DNA of 64,000 nucleotides from an uncultured Hyphomicrobiales bacterium. GTDB taxonomy: Bacteria > Pseudomonadota > Alphaproteobacteria > Rhizobiales > Beijerinckiaceae. The notes under the pieces are model-generated. The model searched no databases and had not been told where the DNA came from. It saw only the letters and a list, made by a program, of their open reading frames with translations. The position numbers and the translations under genes are program-made. The stretch is taken from assembly GCA_903932535.1 (NCBI GenBank), contig CAIZGR010000666.1, positions 798 through 64,797 of the forward strand, read 5' to 3'. Of this stretch, positions 16,073 to 24,813 are shown piece by piece (positions within the stretch are counted from its first letter, which is position 1; every line of letters starts with the position of its first letter).

Positions 16073-16581
16073 CCGCGCCGCAAGTCAGCGTTCCCCTCGA
16101 TCAGTTCGCGCGCCTCAAGCAACTTTGGGCGGCCGGTCTCCCGGCGTTCGACGTAGGCGTCGAGCTCGGACTCGAGGGCGACCCGTCCCAGATCCGCGAG
16201 GCGGTCCTTCGCGCGATCGAGGAAGCGGCCCGGCCGTCGTCGCCCAAGACGAAGAAGACGCGCTCCAACTTGCCGGCGCGGCTGCGCACGCCCGCGGTCG
16301 AGGAGGACGACGTCGATCCCCGGTTCGAGTCCGACGGCTTCGACGGCACGCCCGACGAGCGCGACCTGCAGATCGACGAGGCCCAGCGCCGGTCGCTGCT
16401 CGGTCCGCCGCACAGCCGACACCCGGCGCGCGCCGCGTCGGAATGCAGTTGGCCCGTCGGCGAACCCCGCGACCCCGGGTTCTTCTATTGCGGCGCCGCG
16501 ACGTTCGCCGACGAACTCTATTGCCTGCGCCACTGCAGGCTCGCCTACAACGGACGCTCGCACCGCCGGCGCGCGGCGTAA
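16069..16581 (+). CDS. gcrA: GcrA-like cell-cycle regulator homologue
   Basis: N-terminal LKQLWAAGL and C-terminal CSWPVGEP..FFYCG....YCLRHCRLAY are GcrA signatures. GTG 16069 overlaps the upstream stop (GTGA) and GAGAAGGAG lies upstream. Confidence 0.8.
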   Translation: MTAPQVSVPLDQFARLKQLWAAGLPAFDVGVELGLEGDPSQIREAVLRAIEEAARPSSPKTKKTRSNLPARLRTPAVEEDDVDPRFESDGFDGTPDERDLQIDEAQRRSLLGPPHSRHPARAASECSWPVGEPRDPGFFYCGAATFADELYCLRHCRLAYNGRSHRRRAA

Positions 16582-16607
16582 CTTCAACCCCCACGGAGGA
16601 ACGACCG

Positions 16608-17105
16608 ATGGCGAAGACGAGAACCGCGAAACCGAAGAACAAGAAGCCAGCCGACAGAACCGACAAGGTCAAGCCGAGCGAGGTGATGAAGATGCCGCCC
16701 GAGGGCACCGTGCGCTCGGTCGCGGCCGACATCGCGTCGACCAGGAAGGCCACCGGCCGGCTGACCGAGGAGCTCAAGGACATCATCGCCGACGCGAAGA
16801 AGGACAAGGGCATCCACCCGGGCTCGCTCAAGCGCGTCGAGGCCTGGGTCGCCAAGGCGAAGAAGACCGACCGCGGCCTGGCGGCCGTCGCCACCGAGCT
16901 CGCTCACCTCGACTACTACCGCGACGTGCTGGGCCTGGACGACATGATCAAGAAGCAGGGCCAGATGTTCGCTCGAGTCGAGGCCGGCGAAACCGAGGAT
17001 GATGGTCAAGCGGATCTCCCCGGCACCACCAAGGCCGGTCCGAAGTTCGGCGACGCCGTCGCCAGGCTCGCGGACGCGACCGGCGCCAGCGCGGCCGGCG
17101 AGTGA
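16608..17105 (+). CDS. Hypothetical protein (165 aa), weak DUF2312/GapR-like pattern
   Basis: ATG preceded by GGAGGAACGACCG. LTEELKDIIADAKKDKGIHPGSLKRVEAWVAKAKKTD loosely resembles the DUF2312 helix pair. Confidence 0.55.
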   Translation: MAKTRTAKPKNKKPADRTDKVKPSEVMKMPPEGTVRSVAADIASTRKATGRLTEELKDIIADAKKDKGIHPGSLKRVEAWVAKAKKTDRGLAAVATELAHLDYYRDVLGLDDMIKKQGQMFARVEAGETEDDGQADLPGTTKAGPKFGDAVARLADATGASAAGE

Positions 17106-17620
17106 TCGTTCTCGGCATCGACCCCGGTAAGAGCGGCGGCCTCGCGATCATCGCGTCGTCGCCGCGCGGGCCCCGAATCATCGACGCGATCGACGTTCCC
17201 ATCGGCAAGGACGACCGGGTGGACGTCATCGCGGTGATCTCGTTCGTTCAAGCGAACCCGCCGGACCTGGCCGTGGTCGAGCGCGTGTCGCCGATGCCGT
17301 CCACCGTCGACTTCAAGGGCATGGGCGCGACCTCGGCGTTCAACTACGGGGCGGCCGTGTTCTCGGTCAGGACCTGCGTGATCGGCCTTGGCATCCGGCT
17401 GATCCAGATCGAACCGACCGCCTGGAAGAAATTTCACGAGCTGTCGAAGCTGGTCGACCCGGCCACGGGCGAAAAGCTCGAGAAGCGCAAGGTCAAGGAA
17501 GTCGGCCGGAAAAAGGCGCTCGGGCTGTTCGCCAACGGCCTGCGCTACTTCCCGAACATCGGCCACCACAACCGGGCCGAGGCCTGCCTGATCGCCGTCT
17601 ACGGGGCGACCCTGGCGTAG
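17102..17620 (+). CDS. RuvC-like Holliday junction resolvase
   Basis: VLGIDPGKSGGLAII N-terminal motif and C-terminal NRAEACLIAVYG. GTGA overlap at the start. Confidence 0.7.
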   Translation: MIVLGIDPGKSGGLAIIASSPRGPRIIDAIDVPIGKDDRVDVIAVISFVQANPPDLAVVERVSPMPSTVDFKGMGATSAFNYGAAVFSVRTCVIGLGIRLIQIEPTAWKKFHELSKLVDPATGEKLEKRKVKEVGRKKALGLFANGLRYFPNIGHHNRAEACLIAVYGATLA

Positions 17621-17730
17621 TTTTCCCCGGTTTACCCAGCGGTCCGGGCCCGGGTCCTGGTCGGGACCGGCCCGGTCGTGGACCTTCCCGGCGAATCGCC
17701 GTATGCCGATTCGGGGAAAGAACCGACCCG

Positions 17731-18366
17731 ATGAAATTCAACGCCCGCCAGCGAATGGACGGACTCAAGCTATTGCGCGCCCTGGAGCCCGGGAGCGCCC
17801 GGCTCGTCGTGTTCGATCCTCAGTACCGCGCCGTGCTCGACCACCAGGCCTACGGCAACGAGGGCGAGCGCCAGTCGGCCCGCTCGAAGCTGCGCCAGAT
17901 GCCGGAGGCCAAGATCGCGGAGTTCGTGGCGGCCGTCGGCGACGTGTTGGGCCGATCCGGGCACATGGTTCTGTGGCTCGACAAGTTCTCGATCGGCGAG
18001 GGCATCCACCTCCGGCTATTGACGGCCGCTCCCGGGCTCATCCGCGTCGACCTGATCCACTGGAACAAGCTCGGCTTCGGCATGGGCCCGCGCTCGCGCG
18101 GGACCTCCGAATACGCCGTGATCGTCCAGAAGCGCCCGGTCCGGGCGAAGGGCGTCTGGACCGACCGGAGCCTCCGCGACTCGTGGTCGGAGAAGAAGCC
18201 GCGCGGCGGCCACCCGCACGCCAAGCCGCTCGGGCTGACCAAGCGGCTGATCGAGGCGGTGACGCGGCACGGCGACCTCGTCGTGGACCCGGCCGCCGGC
18301 GGCTACGGGGTGCTGCGGGCCTGCCGGGAGACCGGGCGAGAGTTCGCGGGGTGCGACGTTGCCTGA
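17731..18366 (+). CDS. Beta-class N6-adenine/N4-cytosine DNA methyltransferase
   Basis: Motif IV-like VVFDPQY precedes the motif I-like HPHAKPLGL...GDLVVDPAAGG. This is the beta-class motif order, as in CcrM-type enzymes. Confidence 0.8.
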   Translation: MKFNARQRMDGLKLLRALEPGSARLVVFDPQYRAVLDHQAYGNEGERQSARSKLRQMPEAKIAEFVAAVGDVLGRSGHMVLWLDKFSIGEGIHLRLLTAAPGLIRVDLIHWNKLGFGMGPRSRGTSEYAVIVQKRPVRAKGVWTDRSLRDSWSEKKPRGGHPHAKPLGLTKRLIEAVTRHGDLVVDPAAGGYGVLRACRETGREFAGCDVA

Positions 18367-18625
18367 CGAACCCCGCAAGGTCCCGACGGTGGAGTGGCGC
18401 GCCCGCCCGACGATGGGGATGATGGCGTGCATGCGCCGGCTGATCGCGACCGGCGGCCGGCTCGTCCGGATGAGTGAGGGCGGCTACCGGGTCCTGCACC
18501 GGCGCTCCGGTCTTTATTGGTTTCCGACCCAGGCCGTTCGCGGCCTGATCAACCGCGGCATGGTGAGCGACGAGGGCTACCTGACGCCGGCCGGACTGGC
18601 CGCCTACGAAAGGTACAAAGAATGA
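18359..18625 (+). CDS. Hypothetical protein (88 aa)
   Basis: ORF track (TTG start). GC3 bias holds from the first codon. Alternative starts are GTG 18389 and ATG 18413. Confidence 0.5.
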   Translation: MPDEPRKVPTVEWRARPTMGMMACMRRLIATGGRLVRMSEGGYRVLHRRSGLYWFPTQAVRGLINRGMVSDEGYLTPAGLAAYERYKE

Positions 18626-18680
18626 GCGAAGCTTTCGACGAGTGCCTCCGCACCGGAGCAGAGCCATGACCGAAGAACCG

Positions 18681-19418
18681 ATGCCGTGGTTTCCGTGCTT
18701 CCCGGCGAAGTGGCTCAAGGCCCTCGGCGGCATGAAGCCCGACGAGGGCTACGTCTACGTGATCGTCTGCTTCATGATCTACGACCGCGGCACGGCCTGC
18801 CAAGACACCCTGGAGTCGATTTCAAGAAGGACCGGCCTCAACCGGCGCCGCGTGGCGGACGCCCTGGACCGGCTCTTCAAAAGCGGAAAGCTCGTCCGCC
18901 AGGGCGACGGGATCATGAACCCGTTCGCCGAGCAGATTTTGACCGACCAGGCGGCGTTCCGCGCGGAGCGAAGCAAGGCCGGCGCGGCGGGCGCGTCTAG
19001 CCGCTGGGGGAAAACTAAACAAAATCAAGGACGGAAAAATGGCAAAGCCAAGCCGGAGCCAATGGCTAACGATGGCCAGTTACAGTTAGAGGGAGAGGAA
19101 AAGAAGAAAGAAAAGAAGGAAGTGGAGCCGCGCGAGCCGCGCGGCAAACACCGCCTGCCCCCTGATTGGAATCCCGGGGAGCCCGGATACGTCTACGCCC
19201 AGCAGAAGGGTTTCACGAGGGCCGAGGCCGAGCAGATGTTCGTCGGCTTTCGCGAACACCACATCGGTCGCGGGACCGTCTGGGAGGTTTGGATGCTAGC
19301 TTGGCAGCAGTGGTGCCGGAACGAGGTCAAGTTCTCGGCAAGACGGCGCGGCACCCAGAAGAACGGCGGCCCCACCATGTTCGACATCGCCTCGGGCCGA
19401 AACGGAGCGCACCGATGA
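18681..19418 (+). CDS. DUF1376 (YdaU-like) replication-associated protein
   Basis: MPWFPCFPAKWL...DEGYVYVIVCFMIYDRG matches the DUF1376 N-terminus. ATG preceded by GAAGAACCG. The ORF is open from 18642. Confidence 0.7.
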   Translation: MPWFPCFPAKWLKALGGMKPDEGYVYVIVCFMIYDRGTACQDTLESISRRTGLNRRRVADALDRLFKSGKLVRQGDGIMNPFAEQILTDQAAFRAERSKAGAAGASSRWGKTKQNQGRKNGKAKPEPMANDGQLQLEGEEKKKEKKEVEPREPRGKHRLPPDWNPGEPGYVYAQQKGFTRAEAEQMFVGFREHHIGRGTVWEVWMLAWQQWCRNEVKFSARRRGTQKNGGPTMFDIASGRNGAHR

Positions 19419-20248
19419 GCAAGCAACTCGCCGCCCACGAGCCCACGCTGCCCGGGCTTCTGCCCGACGCGGAGGCCCTCCGGCTCGCGGAGGTCTTCCG
19501 CGCCAAGTTCGAGGGTTCCTGCTTCGTCGTGGAGCGGATGCCGACGACGGTCGAGCGCCAGACGCTGCAGCGGCGGTCCGCGCAGTTGACCGAGGTCCTG
19601 CGGCCGATCGGCGACGGCGGCGGCCGGGTGGCCGCGTCGGAGGCCATCGCCGGGCTGCTCGTCGCCTACGGCTACGGCCGCAACGACCCGCGCGCGGACG
19701 AGACCATCACCGTTTACGTCAAGCACCTTTCCGAGGTCCCGCTGTTCGCCATCCGCGCGGCCTGCGAGGACGTGCGGGCCGGCCGCGTCCACGACGTCGA
19801 CCGGCGCACCGGCAACCGGGTGCCGTTGTCGCCAGACAAGGAGCCGTCGACGATTCGGCTGCGGGCGGTGGCCCAGAAGCACGTCGACCGGGTCGCCGCC
19901 GAAAAATACGCGTTCGACAAGGTGCTGATGGCGAAGCGCGCGGTGGAGCCGCCGGCGTCGGACGCGGAGCGCGCGGCCGTCGGCGCACGCTTCCAGGAGC
20001 TGGCGGCCGACCTGGCGCGGCAGACCGCCAAAAAAGAACTGGACGACGCGGAGGAGCTGGCGGCCGAGGTCGAAGCGCGCCGCGCGCGCGGCGACCGCCT
20101 GATCGAGGCCGAATACGAGGCGCTCGGGCTCACCCCGGTGCGCAACAGCGCCGGGACGCTGGTGTCGCTGTCGATGATGAAGGCCTCGGGATGGAAGGTT
20201 CAGGAGACGGCTTTCGGTGGCCAAGTCCGCCGCGAGCTCGTCAAGTGA
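19415..20248 (+). CDS. Hypothetical protein (277 aa)
   Basis: Internal ATG (MSKQLAAHEP) of ORF 19166..20248. ATGA overlap. Confidence 0.6.
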   Translation: MSKQLAAHEPTLPGLLPDAEALRLAEVFRAKFEGSCFVVERMPTTVERQTLQRRSAQLTEVLRPIGDGGGRVAASEAIAGLLVAYGYGRNDPRADETITVYVKHLSEVPLFAIRAACEDVRAGRVHDVDRRTGNRVPLSPDKEPSTIRLRAVAQKHVDRVAAEKYAFDKVLMAKRAVEPPASDAERAAVGARFQELAADLARQTAKKELDDAEELAAEVEARRARGDRLIEAEYEALGLTPVRNSAGTLVSLSMMKASGWKVQETAFGGQVRRELVK

Positions 20249-20754
20249 TTGAGCGGTCCCAGATCACCTGCTACCACCGAGCTCTGTCCGGCGGTTGGGA
20301 GCGGTTCTTCCCGCCGGCGCGGCGGCCGCCCCGGGGCTTCGGCCTCGGGGCGTGCTCGCGGGGGTGGTTGCCCGGGCTCATCTGGACGGAGCGCGGCGCG
20401 ATCGTGGAATCGCCGAAGCCCGCCCGCGACGACCGCGACGACCCGTGCTGCTCCCGGCTGCTGGACCTGCTGTGGCGCGACGAGGCCGCGGCCATCGCCG
20501 TGCGCACCGGGGTGATCCCCGGCCGGGTGCCCAAGCAGTTCAATCGGTCGAAGGTGCTCTCGATGCTCGCCCGGCTGCTGACCGGCCACGAGGTCGTCAA
20601 GGAGGTCTGCCTCGAACTCCGCGCGCGCCAGCTCGTCGGCATGGGCTCGGGCCCGCCGCTGAGACCGGCCGCGCCGTCCCCAACGTCGATCGAGCTCCCG
20701 TTGCCCCCGGGCGCGCGCAGGCCTATCAACGAGGGGCGAGAGAAGAACCGATGA
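20245..20754 (+). CDS. Hypothetical protein (169 aa)
   Basis: GTG 20245 overlaps the upstream stop (GTGA). Strong GC3 bias throughout. Confidence 0.5.
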   Translation: MIERSQITCYHRALSGGWERFFPPARRPPRGFGLGACSRGWLPGLIWTERGAIVESPKPARDDRDDPCCSRLLDLLWRDEAAAIAVRTGVIPGRVPKQFNRSKVLSMLARLLTGHEVVKEVCLELRARQLVGMGSGPPLRPAAPSPTSIELPLPPGARRPINEGREKNR

Positions 20755-21578
20755 CCCCGAACCTGAGACCAGTCGCCGCGCTGCCGTTCCCGGCGGGCAC
20801 GCCCGTCGCCACCGAGTTCGGCGACGAGATCGTGCGCGAGCGCGTCGATCCCGCCGAGCTGCTGATCGACGACGGCTACCAGCGGGACCTCAACCGCAAA
20901 TCGTATCAACTGATCTGGCGGATGGTCGCCACGTTCAAGTGGCGCAACTTCAAGACCCCCACGTGCGTCCGGGTCGGCCGGCGGCTCCACGTCGTCGACG
21001 GCCAGCACTCCGCGATCGCGGCCGCGACCCTCAAGATCAAGAAGATCCCGGTCGACGTCGTCGACGCGGCGACCGCGCTCGACCGGGCGGAGGCCTTCGT
21101 CGCCCACAACCGCGACCGGCTGTCGATGACGGCCTTCGACATCCACCGGGCGCTGGTCGGCGCCGGCGACCCGCACGCGAAGGACGTCGACCGCGCGTGC
21201 AAGGAGGCCGGCGTCCGCATCATCCGCGTGATCAGCAAGGTCATCGTGGCGAAGGTCGGCGACACCGCGGCGATCGGCCTCCTGAGCCAGATCGTGAAGC
21301 GCCGCGGCGCCGACGACGCTGGCCGAATCCTGTCGGCGCTGGTCAAGGGCGGCCGCGCGCCGATCAGCGCCGCCGAGATCGCCGGGGCCGAGGACGTGAT
21401 GTTCCCGGCCGACGGCCGCGACCCGCTCTCGATGACGCAGCTCTCCGCGGTCGTTCGCGAGATGGGCGGCGACGGCGTGATCAAGTGCAACGCGAAGGCG
21501 AAGACCGACCTGACCACGGCGAAGGTCGTCCTGGCGGCGGCCTACCGGCGCGCGGCCCAACGGAAGGCTCCAGCATGA
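20751..21578 (+). CDS. ParB-fold / DGQHR-type (DndB-, DUF6551-like) protein
   Basis: LLIDDGYQRDL and HVVDGQHSAIAA motifs. ATG preceded by GAGAAGAACCG. ATGA overlap. Confidence 0.7.
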   Translation: MTPNLRPVAALPFPAGTPVATEFGDEIVRERVDPAELLIDDGYQRDLNRKSYQLIWRMVATFKWRNFKTPTCVRVGRRLHVVDGQHSAIAAATLKIKKIPVDVVDAATALDRAEAFVAHNRDRLSMTAFDIHRALVGAGDPHAKDVDRACKEAGVRIIRVISKVIVAKVGDTAAIGLLSQIVKRRGADDAGRILSALVKGGRAPISAAEIAGAEDVMFPADGRDPLSMTQLSAVVREMGGDGVIKCNAKAKTDLTTAKVVLAAAYRRAAQRKAPA

Positions 21579-22171
21579 CGAAGAAGAAGGCCGCGGCCGG
21601 CCCGCGCATCGCGCCGCAGAAACCGTGGCCGCTCGCGAAGATCGTCCCGCACCCGCGCAACGCCCGCACCCACCCGCCGGCGCAGGTCACGCTCCTGGCC
21701 GCCCTGCTCAAGCGGTGGGGAGCCGACCAACCCATCGTCGTCGACGAGGACGGCGTGATCCTCAAGGGCCACGGCCGCCGGCTCGCCGCGCTCGAGGCCG
21801 GGATGAAGACGTTCCCGGTCGTGCAGCGGTTCGGCCTGCCGGAGGCGGAGAAGGAGGCGATGCGGATCGCCGACAACCAGGTCGCGCTGCTCGCCGGCTG
21901 GGACAACGCCCTGGTCGCGTCGAGCGTCGCGACGCTCAAGCTCGCCGGCTACCCGCTCGACATCCTTGGCTTCGGCGACGCGCAGCTCGTCCAGTTCACG
22001 ACGACGCCGGGGCCGCCGTCGCAGTTCCCGGAGTTTGGCGAGAACATCAAGACCGAACACGAGTGCCCGCAATGCCACTACCGATGGTCGGGCAGCTCGG
22101 CGTCGCCCGCGCCCGCGCCGGAGACGCCGGCGAAGGAGAAGAAGGCGAGGGAGAAGAAGGCCAAGAAATGA
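21575..22171 (+). CDS. ParB-like nuclease domain protein with C-terminal zinc ribbon
   Basis: IVPHPRNARTHP...PIVVDEDGVILKGHGRRLAA is the ParB N-domain usually fused to phage DNA methylases. CPQCHYRW follows. ATGA overlaps at both ends. Confidence 0.75.
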   Translation: MTKKKAAAGPRIAPQKPWPLAKIVPHPRNARTHPPAQVTLLAALLKRWGADQPIVVDEDGVILKGHGRRLAALEAGMKTFPVVQRFGLPEAEKEAMRIADNQVALLAGWDNALVASSVATLKLAGYPLDILGFGDAQLVQFTTTPGPPSQFPEFGENIKTEHECPQCHYRWSGSSASPAPAPETPAKEKKAREKKAKK

Positions 22172-23856
22172 CGCTGTGGTTCGCGCAGCGAAACCGGATG
22201 ACCGGCGCCGTCACCAGGCGCAACCTCGACGCCGAACCGTCCCCGACGATCAACGCCCGGTGCGACTATCTCGGAAACGTGCTCGACGAATCCTACTGGC
22301 TGGAGGCTGACGACCCCGCGATGGCGCTTTGGCTTCACGTCCGCGACCCGAACTTCTTCCGCTCTGAGCACGACGGCCACCACCGCCGGGAGCGGCCGAC
22401 GGCGAAGACCCCGGAGCGCCGAATCAACCTGGACGTCGAGCCCTGCCCGGTCATCATGGCGAACGGGCTGCGCGGCGCGCGGCTCTCCGAGCACCACATC
22501 GAGGAGGACGGCATCTTGACCACCCGACCAGACGACAAGCCGCCTTACCGCGTCCCGTCGATGCCGGAGATAGCGCGGATCGAGCCGAACGGGCTGAAGG
22601 TCGTCTCGACCTTCGCCGGCTGCGGCGGCTCCTCGCTCGGCTACCGGATGGCCGGGTTCAAGGTCCTGTGGGCGTCGGAGTTCGTGGAGGCCGCGCGCGA
22701 GGTCTACCAGGCCAACGCCGCCGCCGGCACGATCGTGGACGGCCGCGACATCCGCAAGGTCGACCCGCTGGAGGTCCTCCGGACTCTCGGGCTGAAGGTC
22801 GGGGAGCTCGACGTCCTCGACGGGTCGCCGCCGTGCGCGTCGTTCTCGACGGCGGGCAAGCGGCAGGCCCATTGGGGAAAGTCGAAAAAATATTCCGACG
22901 TCGAGCAGCGGACCGACGACCTGTTCTTCGAGTTCATCCGGTTCGTGAAGGCGATGAAGCCGCGGGCGTTCGTCGCGGAGAACGTGTCGGGCCTCGTCAA
23001 GGGCGCGGCGAAGGGCTACTTCATCCAGATCCTCGCGGCGATGAAGGCCTGCGGCTACCGGGTGGAGGCGCGGCTGCTCGACGCGCAATGGCTCGGGGTC
23101 CCGCAGACCCGGCAGCGGATCATCTTCGTCGGCGTCCGCGACGACCTCGGCCTGAACCCGGCGTTCCCGTCGCCGCTCTCCTACCGCTACAGCGTGCGGG
23201 ACGCGCTGCCGTGGGTGTCTCGGGTCGAGCACGACACCAGCGGCCTGTGGAGCGCCGGCGAGATCACGGATCGGGCCGCGCCCACGGTCACGGTCGGCGT
23301 CAACTCCGTGAACTCGAACTATTTCAAGGTCACCGACGCCCAGGGCGCCGGGTATCACTCCATGGGAGACCTGACCGACCGCCCTGCTCGCGCGGACCGC
23401 GCGAGCAGGGCGGGAACGATGATGGTGGAGTCGATGATCGTGGAGCCGGAGACCGACATCTCCCGGCAGGCCATCGGCCGCGAGTACGACAAGCTCAATC
23501 CCGGCCAGCAATCGGAAAAGTATTTCAGTCTCGTGCGGGCTGATGCGGGCGAGCCGTCGCCGACGGTGACGGCGGCTGGCGGCCAGAACGCCGGCATCGC
23601 CTGCGTCGTTCACCCGACCGAGAAGCGGAAGTTCGCCATCGCGGAGCTCAAGCGCATCTGCGCGTTTCCCGACGACTTCGCGCTCTCCGGTTCCTACTCC
23701 CAGCAATGGGAGCGGCTCGGCCGAGCGGTGCCGCCCGTCATGATGAGGTTCATCGCCGAGGCCGTCCGCGGCGTTCTCCAATCGCAGCAGGTCCAGCCAT
23801 GTGCGGAATCGCCGGTTCGTTCTCGCTCCCGTCGTTCGACGTCGCGCGCGCGCTAG
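22168..23856 (+). CDS. DNA (cytosine-5)-methyltransferase with about 130-aa N-terminal extension
   Basis: Motifs FAGCGG (I), SPPCASFS (IV), FVAENV (VI), QTRQR (VIII) and GRAVPP (X). Confidence 0.9.
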   Translation: MTLWFAQRNRMTGAVTRRNLDAEPSPTINARCDYLGNVLDESYWLEADDPAMALWLHVRDPNFFRSEHDGHHRRERPTAKTPERRINLDVEPCPVIMANGLRGARLSEHHIEEDGILTTRPDDKPPYRVPSMPEIARIEPNGLKVVSTFAGCGGSSLGYRMAGFKVLWASEFVEAAREVYQANAAAGTIVDGRDIRKVDPLEVLRTLGLKVGELDVLDGSPPCASFSTAGKRQAHWGKSKKYSDVEQRTDDLFFEFIRFVKAMKPRAFVAENVSGLVKGAAKGYFIQILAAMKACGYRVEARLLDAQWLGVPQTRQRIIFVGVRDDLGLNPAFPSPLSYRYSVRDALPWVSRVEHDTSGLWSAGEITDRAAPTVTVGVNSVNSNYFKVTDAQGAGYHSMGDLTDRPARADRASRAGTMMVESMIVEPETDISRQAIGREYDKLNPGQQSEKYFSLVRADAGEPSPTVTAAGGQNAGIACVVHPTEKRKFAIAELKRICAFPDDFALSGSYSQQWERLGRAVPPVMMRFIAEAVRGVLQSQQVQPCAESPVRSRSRRSTSRAR

Positions 23857-24230
23857 AGGCGATCCGCCACCGCGGGCCCGACGGCGACGGCGTCGCCGTC
23901 CCCGATCTCGTCGATCCACTCGAACAGCGGCCGGCGGTGAAGGTGAAACGCCCGGGCCACCCCCAGGCCGAGCAGGACCGTCCGCCGCTGGCGAAGCTGC
24001 CCCGTCAAGTTGCACGCGGCGAAGCGCGCGACCTCGCGCGGCAGCAGGTCGCCCTTCCCGCTCTTGCCCGGAAACTCGTCGAGCAGGTTGACGCGCTCGA
24101 ACCGCGCCAGGAACGAGGGCATGCCGAGCCCGCAAAGGACGGCGAGCCGCTCCCCGGAACGTCCGGAAAGCGGCTCGCGCGGGTCCGACCGGCGCGACGG
24201 CGCCTGCCCCACGATCAGCGGGCGGGTCAC
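23853..24230 (-). CDS. Short uracil-DNA-glycosylase-superfamily-like protein
   Basis: N-terminal PLIVGQAPS resembles UDG motif A (GEAPG-type). No C-terminal HPS motif B is visible. Its stop overlaps the dcm stop (CTAG). Confidence 0.5.
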   Translation of the reverse strand: MTRPLIVGQAPSRRSDPREPLSGRSGERLAVLCGLGMPSFLARFERVNLLDEFPGKSGKGDLLPREVARFAACNLTGQLRQRRTVLLGLGVARAFHLHRRPLFEWIDEIGDGDAVAVGPAVADRL

Positions 24231-24808
24231 GCGCTCCGCCTGCCCTTCATGGTGGCGAAGAACTTGCCGTCCTTCCTCACCAGCGAGGCCCCCACCTTAT
24301 CGCAGACGCGGCCGAGGGTGGCGGAGCACTTTTCCCAGCCGAGCTTCTTGCAGATAGCAGCCTCGGTGACGCCGGCGGGATCGAGCGCCAGGTCGAGCAT
24401 CTGCGCCTGCTTGGAACCCTCGCGGAGCCCGTCGGCGCGCGCCGAGGTCTTGCCCTTGACCGCCGTGCGGGACTTGCCCTTGGCGGCCTTCTTCGTCGCG
24501 GTCTTCTTGGTCTTGCGGTTCATGTCGTCGGTCTCCTGGCGATCGACCGCCGGCGGCGCCGGGGTCTTCGGGGTTGCGCCCTCGTCCGCCAGGTCGGCGG
24601 CGATGGCCTTCTGGACAGCGAGCGGCGGGGCGAGCGTGACGCCGCCGTTCGCGGGCTTCGGTTTGATCGCGGTCTTCGGCTTGTCGTCCGGAAACCGAAG
24701 GCAGGCCTCGGGGACGCCGTCCTCGAGCATCAGTTCGTGGGCGCGTGACAGTTTCCGCCCGCGCAAGGCCGCGTTCGCCTTCTCCTTCGGGCCGACCTTC
24801 TGGGCCAT
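24227..24808 (-). CDS. Hypothetical protein with DUF3489-like C-terminal winged helix
   Basis: GSKQAQMLDLALDPAGVTEAAICKKLGWEK resembles the DUF3489 pattern. Lys-rich linker. ATGA overlap. Confidence 0.55.
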   Translation of the reverse strand: MAQKVGPKEKANAALRGRKLSRAHELMLEDGVPEACLRFPDDKPKTAIKPKPANGGVTLAPPLAVQKAIAADLADEGATPKTPAPPAVDRQETDDMNRKTKKTATKKAAKGKSRTAVKGKTSARADGLREGSKQAQMLDLALDPAGVTEAAICKKLGWEKCSATLGRVCDKVGASLVRKDGKFFATMKGRRSA

Positions 24809-24813
24809 GGACG

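Noticed and set aside
23750-23856. Possible frameshifted C-terminal extension of the UDG-like gene (AIPHMAG resembling motif B HPSG)
   Set aside because: It would require a frameshift and more than 100 nt of overlap with the conserved C-terminus of the C5-MTase. The resemblance is weak.
22078-24135. 685-aa minus-strand ORF antisense to the C5-methyltransferase
   Set aside because: The opposite strand carries all the canonical C5-MTase motifs. This ORF is R/G/P/D-rich with no motifs, a typical high-GC antisense artefact.
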